Shown here piece by piece: positions 38,581 through 47,700 of a DNA stretch of 64,000 nt; the stretch's first letter is position 1; the number at the start of each line of letters is the position of its first letter. The stretch covers positions 45,818,001-45,882,000 of the forward strand of contig OZ320319.1 of NCBI GenBank assembly GCA_976226885.1, given 5' to 3'. The stretch comes from Iphione sp. A-MEVVRFRX5. Taxonomy: Eukaryota. The notes below the pieces were generated by a model, which did no database searches, had not been told where the DNA came from, and saw only the letters and a list, made by a program, of their open reading frames with translations. A program made the translations under genes and the position numbers.

Positions 38581-39767
38581 GTGCTTGGCTGCGGGCGAAC
38601 CTCAGGCCCCTTCTCCTACTGCAGAGCACTGACAAACATCCTTGCAACTAGCAGATTCCTGCACTCAGCTGCTGGGGGGGCCTGAGGGCCCCATCCAAGA
38701 TACAAAACCAGGTCCTGCCTTATGTGGTCCTGCTGCAGTCTCCCCCTAGCGTGATAACGAAGAACTATCCAGTTTTCAAGCATACCAGGTTTGGGCATTT
38801 ACTGTCACTATGGCCATAATGTTCTCACAAGGGGTCAGTGGGTAGTTCATTACACTCCACAGTTCAAGGAACCTAGGACATATTCACAGTACTACTACTT
38901 CTCAGATGTTGGCCGGAAAAGAAAAAAGGTTTCATGCTGGGAATTGGGCAGATGCATACATCACACTGATGGATTATATGCCCATCCAGCAGGCACATGA
39001 ATATCATAGAATGCTAGACTAGCATGTGTGAATAGCTGGAATAGCTGGAAGACAAGTGTCTGTGGCAACTATGTAGATAATGTAGTTCTGAGTAACGGGT
39101 CATATTAACGTAGATGACTAACATAGCTCCCTGCATATCACAGCCTAATCTACTAGCATGGGTAGATGTATGGAAGATAGATGTCACTGATTGTAGTGAA
39201 GCTATTGATTACCATCCATCTGAAGGTAGTTTTTGCACAGAATTGACCTTGGGGTACCAGTGAGGTAGTGACAGGTAAAACACAAGCAATGAATGGTACT
39301 GAGTGAACTCTGATTAGGTGTACTAAATTACCCCAACCTGCACTAAGTAAACCGCAAGTCAACATGTGGCAACTCTTAACACTCACCCCGAATGAACTAA
39401 AAGTATCCCCTCTTTTCTGAACAATAGTTAGGAAAAACAGTGGTAATGAATTACAAGGTGCCATAATTTTTGGACCGAGGTCACTGATATAACAGATCAC
39501 AAGGTTACACACTTTAGATGGGAGTGAGTCAGCAACAGGTACAAGGAAATTGAGTAAATAAATCACAAAGTGGCCCGTGATATATTTTGGGCAGAGGTTG
39601 CAGATATAACAGATCACAAGATGACATGTTCATAACAAATCATACCACTTGAACACTATTGGGATGTCGGTTGGGCATGGCACAAGGGCATTGGCTGAGG
39701 CCCTGGTTGTGTTATTGCTGGCATCGCATAGCAGCCTGGATCATAGGGTGTGAGCTGGCCTTTATAT

Positions 39768-39978
39768 TGTTGTGCGGAGCAGTAATATACTCCACACTGA
39801 GTTACTCAGCACGCTCAGCATGTAAGTTACTCCTCAAGTTAGCTCCGCACGTTATGACTGTATGTATAAAAGCAAGTGCGTGCGGAGCTTACTTCAGTTG
39901 CGTTCTTACCTCTCAGCAATAAACATCTAAACCTTACTTGGGAGTCTGCCTCCAGTATGTTAAGGTCTGGCCGTAACA
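39768..39978 (+). mobile_element. Solo LTR (211 bp) with ATAT TSD
   Basis: TGTT...AACA; ATAT at 39764-67 and 39979-82; TATAAAA at 39865, TCAGTT Inr at 39894-99, AATAAA downstream. Confidence 0.88.
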
Positions 39979-39982
39979 ATAT

Positions 39983-40314
39983 CTTGAATCAACTGTTCTG
40001 CCATCTTCACTGTCATGTTGTCATCGTAGTAGTAGTAGTTGCTGCTGTTGTTGTTGTTGTTGTTGTTCTGTTGCTACCATGTTGGTCCCCTGCTGTGATG
40101 TTGGGTGGGTAGGCTTTGTGGTTGAGGGACTGGTCTTGTGTGGTGGTTGGTCAGCAGGTTGGGGTGCTATCCTGGTTGCAGAAGCGGACCTCCTCTTCTG
40201 GGCCTGCAATGAGAACAGCAACTGGTAAGGTAACTCTCCCAGTATCTTTAGGGTGTGCCATTCTGTCAGGACATGCAAGCACCCAGTTCTTGACCCTCTT
40301 GACTGTCAAGATAT
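39983..40314 (-). mobile_element. Old host repeat, possibly a Tx1/L1-type ORF1 remnant, continuing at 49198-49620
   Basis: Removing the Gypsy rejoins AYLTPDDDILTVKRVK...TGRVTLPVAVLIAGPEEEVRFCNQDSTPTC; family assignment weak. Confidence 0.35.
40026..40067. repeat. Compound (GTA)(GCT)(GTT) microsatellite
   Basis: Direct inspection. Confidence 0.9.
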
Positions 40315-40501
40315 TGTTGCGGGCTCCGCTCACCGGAGCCCGCTGTTGGCGGAAATTGTGAAATTGGGGCTCCGCCCGGAGTAGCATTCTGTATATAAGT
40401 CGGGCCGGGCGGAGCTTCGTTGTCATTTGTGTCCTACCCTTAAAGTAATAAACTTCATCAACTGTTATCTGGAAGTCATGTCTCTTCGATCGGGGCGAAC
40501 A
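40315..40501 (+). repeat. 5' LTR (187 bp)
   Basis: TGTT...AACA; TATATAA at 40392, TCATTT Inr-like at 40423-28, AATAAA at 40447-52. Confidence 0.97.
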
Positions 40502-41740
40502 ATTGGTGGCAGCGGTGGGATCCCTGCCCTAGGGGCTGAGGCAGAGGAAGAGGCGGAAGTGGTCAAGCTCCGGGCGGAGTCGGCGGAGCCTGCGGAGCCC
40601 GCCGAGTCAGCGGAGGTCGCCGAGGAGCTGCCGGAGCCCGCCTGGCTCCGCCCGGAACCCGCCACTGACTGGGACGCACAGTCTATGGAGGGGGATCAGC
40701 CTCTGGGTAGCGGGGATGCCCAAACCAGAGATGAGGTGGGGCATGGGGCTGACGAGGAAGAGAGAGAACACGGGGCCCCCACCTCATCCGCCCCACACAG
40801 ATCTAACGAGGACACTGATGACCACCCTCCTCCGGAGGAAGACGAAGGAGAGGGGGAGCCGACCGACCAGGCAGCCGAGCCGCTCTGGACTAGCTTTGTC
40901 CGGGAGCTGAGTTCCGCCCTCCGGCCGGAAGGAGGAAATAAGAGGAGTCTGGTGAAACCTGACACTTACGATGGGAGTACGCCCTTGCGGGACTTTCTAC
41001 AACATTTTGAGCTGGTGGCCCTGGCAAACCGTTGGGGGGCCGGGGAGAAAGCCATCCAGTTGGGCATCACTCTGCGGAAGTCGGCACGGGCGGTCCTACG
41101 GAGTTCGGGGATCGATGTGGAGAAGCCCCGAGCTTACCAGGAACTGGTGGCCGCCCTCACGGAGAGGTTCCAATCCAAGCATCAGACAGACGCATACATC
41201 CAGCAACTGAAGGGGCGTCGGCAGGGGAAGGCCGAGGCCCTAGCGGATCTTGCAGACGAAATTGAGCAATTGGTACAGCTGGCCTACCCTGAGGCGAAAG
41301 GGGCCTGGAAGGACCGGATGTGCCGCGAATACTATGTCGGGGCCCTCAGCAACGAGAAGGTTCGGAAGTGGGTGACCCAGGCCCGAGTGGCAACCTTTCG
41401 TGAGGTGTTGTCAGCATCGCAAGTAGCGGAGTCTTATTATCAGCATAAGTCCGAAAGGGTGGGACCCAAGCGCGTGCATAAGCTGGAAGTGGCCACCGAA
41501 GAGGCTTCGACCAACAAGTCCACCCCCAAGACCGAGGCTACAGCGGCAGGCTTCGAACGGCTGGAGCTCCTGCTTCAACAGTTATTGGCAAGCCAACAAG
41601 GGGCGGAGAAAGAGAATCGCCGGCCGAACAACAAGAAATGCTTCAACTGCGGGGAGCTCGGGCATTTCAAGCGCAACTGTCCCCAGCCCTTGAAGGAGCA
41701 ACCGTCGGGAAACGGGGCAGCGGCCGCCCCTCGCCAGTAG
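40478..41740 (+). CDS. gag: Gag (about 420 aa, one CCHC knuckle)
   Basis: KPDTYDG capsid-like region and CFNCGELGHFKRNC; first AUG after the predicted TSS is 40478 (alternative start 40685). Confidence 0.9.
   Translation: MSLRSGRTIGGSGGIPALGAEAEEEAEVVKLRAESAEPAEPAESAEVAEELPEPAWLRPEPATDWDAQSMEGDQPLGSGDAQTRDEVGHGADEEEREHGAPTSSAPHRSNEDTDDHPPPEEDEGEGEPTDQAAEPLWTSFVRELSSALRPEGGNKRSLVKPDTYDGSTPLRDFLQHFELVALANRWGAGEKAIQLGITLRKSARAVLRSSGIDVEKPRAYQELVAALTERFQSKHQTDAYIQQLKGRRQGKAEALADLADEIEQLVQLAYPEAKGAWKDRMCREYYVGALSNEKVRKWVTQARVATFREVLSASQVAESYYQHKSERVGPKRVHKLEVATEEASTNKSTPKTEATAAGFERLELLLQQLLASQQGAEKENRRPNNKKCFNCGELGHFKRNCPQPLKEQPSGNGAAAAPRQ
40504..40521 (+). promoter_or_regulatory. PBS, tRNA-Leu
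   Basis: TGGTGGCAGCGGTGGGAT is complementary to the tRNA-Leu 3' end (...AUCCCACCGCUGCCA-CCA). Confidence 0.92.
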
Positions 41741-44700
41741 AGAGGGCGGCCAGCCTCCAACCCCATTTGGAAGAACATCTCAGGATGATTCGGCTGTCTT
41801 GTGAGCGGGAGGTCACTCTGGAAGGGGAGAGCGGCCCCGCAACAAACATCACGCTACCTAGTACAATCGACGGTCGGATAGTCCCCTGGTTAGTGGATAC
41901 CGGGGCGTCACTGACCCTGCTGTCGGAGGAAGTCGCCGACACCCTGTCGCTCGGGGAGTTGGAGCCGACAGTGGGGCGGATTTTGTGTGCAGACGGGAAA
42001 CCCCTACGAGTGAAGGGAAGGACGAGGTTGAAGGCGAGTTTTCAAGGGATCGAGTTGGAAGTCAAAGCCTGGGTTGCCCAAATCGACTGCCCCGCCATCT
42101 TGGGGCTGGATACGCTTCGCAAATGGAAAGCACAGGTGGACACGGAGGGGGCCGCGCTGCGGGTGCGGGTCCCCGAGGACAACGGCGCGAGTGGATGCCG
42201 GGCAGAGTTGGCGGAAGATTGCCACCTGGACGGGAGGAGCGCGGTGCAGGCCCCCTTGCGATGGACGGGGCTAGAGACCGACACTGGACCCGTGGTGGTG
42301 GAAGCCTCCCCCGAGTGGGAGGGTCGCTCGGGGATGCTACTGGCACGGACGGTGTGCCAGGCGGGAAGTCAGTCCGGAGTGGCAGAAATAACCAACCCTG
42401 GCCCCGTGGGGCGTCGACTGAGAAAAGGAACCGTTGTCGGCAGGGTCCAGCGGGTGGACGGGCCAGTGCGGGTCGTCCCGGAGAGCGAAGGGGTGGCGGA
42501 CGAAGACGTGGAGCTAGGACCAGCGCTCAGGACCCTGCTGGAGCGCCTGCCACCCATGACTACCGATGAGCGGCAGGGGGTCGAACAGATGCTGCGGCGT
42601 AACGCGCGCTGTTTCCAAGAGGACGGGCAACCGCTTGGGCACACTGACACGGTCCAGCACCGGATCGACGTACAAGGACACGCCCCCATCCGGCAGAGGG
42701 TACGCCGCCTCCCCCCCGCGAAGAAAGCACTAGTACAGCAGGAGGTGAATCGGATGCTGCAGCAAGGAGTGCTAGAGGCCTCTACCAGCCCGTGGGCGTC
42801 GCCCGTGGTTCTGGTCCGGAAGAAGGACCAATCTTGGCGATTTTGCATTGACTACCGCGCCCTTAACCGAGTAACGAAGAAGGATGCCTACCCCCTTCCG
42901 CGGATCGATGAGACACTGGACGCGTTGGAGGGGGCACGTTTCTTCTCGGCGATTGACCTGGCCAGTGGCTATTGGCAGGTAGGAGTGAGACCGGAGGGCC
43001 GAGAGAAGACGGCTGTCTGTACTCCAGGTGGGCTTTACCAGTTCCGGGTCATGCCCTTCGGACTGTGCAATGCGCCCTCCACCTTCGAGCGGTTGATGGA
43101 GGCCGTGCTCCGGGGCCTGGTTGGGCAGTCCTGCCTGGTCTACCTGGACGATGTGATCGTGATAGGGAGGACGGTAGAAGAGATGACCCGCAGGCTCGAT
43201 GACGTCTTCAGCCGCCTGGGGGAGGCCGGGCTTAAAGTAAAACCGCAGAAGTGTCAGCTGTTCCAGGGGGAGGTGGCCTATCTGGGGCACCGCGTGTCGG
43301 AGGAGGGGGTCCAGCCCGACCCTGAGAAGATCCGGGCCATTCAGGAGTGGCCTCCCCCGCGCTGTATCACGGAGTTGAGGAGCTTCATCGGACTGTGCTC
43401 CTACTACAGGAGCTTCGTGGAGGGGTTCGCCATGCTGGCGGCCCCCCTGCACGGACTCTTGGAGAAAGGACAGGAGTATCGCTGGGACGCCGAATGTCAG
43501 CAGGCGTTTGAACAGTTGAAGGAACGGTTGGTGACCGCCCCCGTCTTGGCGTACCCGCGGCCAGAGGGACAGCTAGTGCTGGACACCGATGCATCGGCGG
43601 CTGGGATCGGAGCCGTACTGTCGCAGGAGCAGCAAGGACGGGAACGGGTGTTGGCCTACGCCAGTCGAAGTCTTGCGCGCCCGGAGAAGAACTACTGCGT
43701 CACCCGGAAAGAACTGTTGGCGGTGGTCTTCGGTCTGCGTAAGTTTCGCTCTTATGTTGGAGGGCGAAAGGTGGTAATCCGGACGGACCATAGTTCCTTA
43801 CGTTGGCTATGCAGCTTCAAGGAACCCGAGGGACAGTTGGCCCACTGGCTCGAAGAGGTCCACTGTTATGACTTGGAGGTGATACACCGCCCGGGAAGGA
43901 AACACGGGAACGCTGATGGCCTCTCGCGAGTCAAGTGCCCCCAGTGCGGACGGGACCCGGAAGAGGATCTGCCGACCCTGGGGCAAGTTGCTACGGTGTC
44001 AGTGGCCCCGGCCGCATTGGACTCCTTAGCCCAAGCCCAGAAGGCTGAGCCCGAAGTGGCGGCCCTCATTCGAGCCTGGGAGGCGGAGGAGCCTCTCCCT
44101 GGACTGACTGGTAGTGATTCCCCGGAGGGGAGGTGGCTGAAGAGTGAGTCGCGGCGGTTGAGGATGAAGGACGATCTGCTTTGTCGGCGTTGGGAGGCGG
44201 AGGACGGAACGCTGTACTATCAGGCTTACGTGCCCCAGCCATTGAGATACGACATCTGGCGTGAAGTCCACGCAGGAGCGTTGGGAGGGCATCTCGGCGC
44301 TGAGAAGACAGAAGGTGCCCTTCGCCGGAAATATTGTTGGCCAGGACTCCGACGTGATGTGGGGCGTTGGGTGAAGGCTTGCCGGGAGTGCCAGGAACGA
44401 CAAGATCCAGCTCGCCGACACCGGGCTCCCCTGCAGCTTCGGGTGGCCCCGGCCCCGTGGGAGTTCGTGGCCGTGGACGTGTGCGGCCCCTTCCCCGAGA
44501 CAGAGCGAGGAAACAAGTACATCATTGTGGTGGCGGATCACTTTACGAAGTGGACGGAGGCATTCCCCACTCCGGAAGTCACGGCGGCGAAGACGGCAGA
44601 CGTCCTACTCCGAGAGATCATCTGTCGGTACGGCCCCCCCCGTATTCTTCATTCCAACCAGGGGCGGAACTTCGAGGCGGCGGTAATGCGGGAACTTCTA

Positions 44701-47700
44701 CAGCTGTTGGGCATTCAGCGGTCGCGCACCACCCCATACCATCCCCAGAGTGATGGAGTCGTCGAAAGGTTCAACCGCACTCTCCTAGGAATGTTGGCCA
44801 AGGTAGTCCGAGAAGATCAATCCGACTGGGACCTCCGAGTGCCCTTCGTCCTGGCGGCCTACCGGGCTACCCCGCACTGTACCACCGGGTTCTCTCCGAA
44901 TTGGTTAACCCTACAACGCGAGACTACGCTTCCGGTGGAGTTGATGGTGGGCAGCCCCCGAGACGAGCCCCGATCGGCTTCCGACTATGCCAAGCAGATC
45001 AGGGAGCGCTACATTCAAGGCCACCAGCTAGCCCGGCGTCACCTACAGAAGTCGGCCGAGCGTCAGAAGGATTTGTACGATCAGCGAGTTCGAGAGCAAG
45101 AATTCGACGTTGGCGATCAAGTTTGGGTCTACTCACCAATAAAGAAGAAGGGGCGGTCCCCCAAATTGCAAAGTCGCTGGTTAGGACCGTGGACGGTTCA
45201 AGCCAGGCTCAGTGCTGTCATCTACCGCATCTCTCGAAACCAGAAGACTCGGGTTGTCCACGCCGATCTGCTAAAGAAAGCGGTCTCTCCTAGTTCGGAG
45301 GAAGAAGAAAGACTCGGGCGAGTGTGTGTCGTCACCCTGATGCCGGACGCGGATGCGGCCCCGGAGGGGGCGGGCCCACCTGCTGTGCCCCCGCCCCGTT
45401 GGTACCGCTGTCGACCGAAGACAACGGGCCAGCCGCCGGTGGTTCCCCACAAGAGCACCAGGGACAGCAGGATGCCCCCGCCTCAGCAACGCCCTCCAAT
45501 ACGACGGATCCCCCAAGGCTGGGTGGACTTGGTGGCCCGGGAACTCCGTCTCCTGAGCGACCGGACTTGCCAGGTCCTGCTCCAGTCGCGGGAAGTCGCG
45601 GGACGAAAGACAGGAGAGAAGCCAGGCCCCCGCCCGGGGGCCTACCGCCGGGCATGGCAGAGACTGCGAGGAATCAGGAGGCGATTGCGGAGACAGTATG
45701 GAGGACGCGCGGTACAGCACCTGGTAGAGACCCTCTGGAGGAAGATCGGAGAGAGAAGACATCCCGCTTGGGGTCGACGACAGTTGAAGACGTCGAGCGG
45801 AACTCGCCCGGGGCCCGAGGCGGAGCACGCCCTAACGGGGCGGAGCCCGCCCAGAGCCCGAGCTCCGGGCGGAGATTATACCGCACTCCGCCGCCATCCA
45901 GCCAATCAGAAACAGACGCGGGAAAGTTCGACCAATCAGCGACTGGCGGAGCTAGCCCTGCAGGGATATAAGCTGGCGGCCTTAGAGGGGGCGATTCATT
46001 CCGTCCATCGCCGTGCTCCGCCCACCCAGAGATACTTCCCGAATATTCCCCGCCCGGAATTGAGTACGTCAGCGGAGGTTTCCGCAGAATTCGACCGGAG
46101 TCCGACTAAGTCGCTGCCGGAGCTCGCCGACCAGCGGAGCTCGCCACCTGAAGTCAGCGGAGCTCGCTCGGCGGAGGTCGCCCTACCGGAGCCCGAGAAG
46201 ACCATGACGTCCGGGGGAAGAGCCCAGTATTGCCAGTACTGTGGCTACATCTCTGACAAGCCGGGCAATTTTGATAGACACATGCTAACCCATGGGAAGC
46301 AAGGGTTTGTCCGCCGCTGTCCGGTGCCCCGTTGCCAGGGGGCACACTTCGGCCGCCGGGATGACTTCCGGCGGCACCTGGAGAACAAGCACAAGCAGGA
46401 CGCCGACAACCCCCTCGTGCTGGGCCAGGATGTAGACTTGGAGTTCATCGACCTGGCCAGCGGCCAGAACGTGTCTGTCCCTGAGAGTCGCCGAGAGGAG
46501 TACCAGCGGCAGTTGAAGGTGGAGGCGTATGAACGGGAGAAGGAAGCAGCCATGATTCGGGGGGAGGCCCCCCCACCGCGACCCAAGCTAGCCCGGAAGC
46601 CCCCCCGGGGAAGGAAGGCGTCGGCTGCCGCAGGGCGCCCTCCCCCTCCCCCCCGGGACGACGACCCAGAGGTGGACGAGGACGTGGAGGAAGAGACGGG
46701 AGTTACGGAGGGGCCCCGCCTGCGCCCCCGAGCCGGGCGCGGGGGACAGGTCTCCTCCACCGTGGCCACACCAGGGGCAGGCCGCCCACCAGTCACTCCG
46801 GGTTCCTCGGCCTCAGTAGACATTCCGCTGTTCGGGCTCGACGTGTCACCGGAGGCTCCAGAAGGACGGATCGGCCGCAAGGTCCGCAAGGCTGCGGGGA
46901 AAGCGGCCAGCCGAGGTACCTCAGCAGGGGAGACGGCCGCCGTTCCTACACCAGCGAAGCCGGCCGCGCAGGGGTCCACTTCTGCCGTCTCCACGCCGGG
47001 GGCCGCTCGGGTGCGCGGCCTTCCTCCCACCAGATCCCGACCCGCCGAGTCATCAGGGGAGTGGCCGACCCCCTCCACCCCTGGGAAGGACTTGGACTTC
47101 CAGGCCATGCGGGACGAGGCCGATCGAAGGAAGAGGAGGTACCAGCCGCAGACGTCTCCTGTCACCCCGGCCAGTCTCCCCTCACCCGCGAAGAAGGTCG
47201 CCAACATCACGTCCTCCACGATGTCGCCACTACATCGGGCGGTGATTGCCGCGGGGATTCGAGACCGCACCCCCCAGTCCACCCCCGCCTCCGCTAGTTC
47301 GTCCTACAGCGAAGCGGCACGGGAGCTGGACGCGTGGCTAGGCGAGGAGTGGGAGAACGTGGAGAGGGAGGAGCGGCCCACGGACGTGGTGGTGATTGGG
47401 TCGGATCCAGAGTCCGAGGACGAAACCCAGGTGGAAGACGCTACCGCCGCCTCTGAGCCGCTGGCCGAGCAGCTCAGCGCGAGCCCGGGGACCCCCTGTG
47501 GGCGCATCCACTATGCCCGGCTGGATGTGGCAGGGGGGGCCCCGGCAGATGATGCAGCAGCTGAGGACGTTCCCTTGTCTGAGGGGGAGGCCGCCCTCAC
47601 CCTGGCGGAGCTTGCAGAGGAAGAGCTCCGCCCGGAGCTCCCGGCGATAGAGACTGAACCTGGCGGAGCTCGCCCCGAGCCGGCGGAGCCCGCCCCTGCC

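Noticed and set aside
44650-44665. Integrase HSNQG (usually HSDQG) as proof of inactivity
   Set aside because: A D>N change at this catalytic position would impair this copy, but it is one base and could be a private mutation or sequencing error; it does not affect the regulatory findings and needs comparison with other copies
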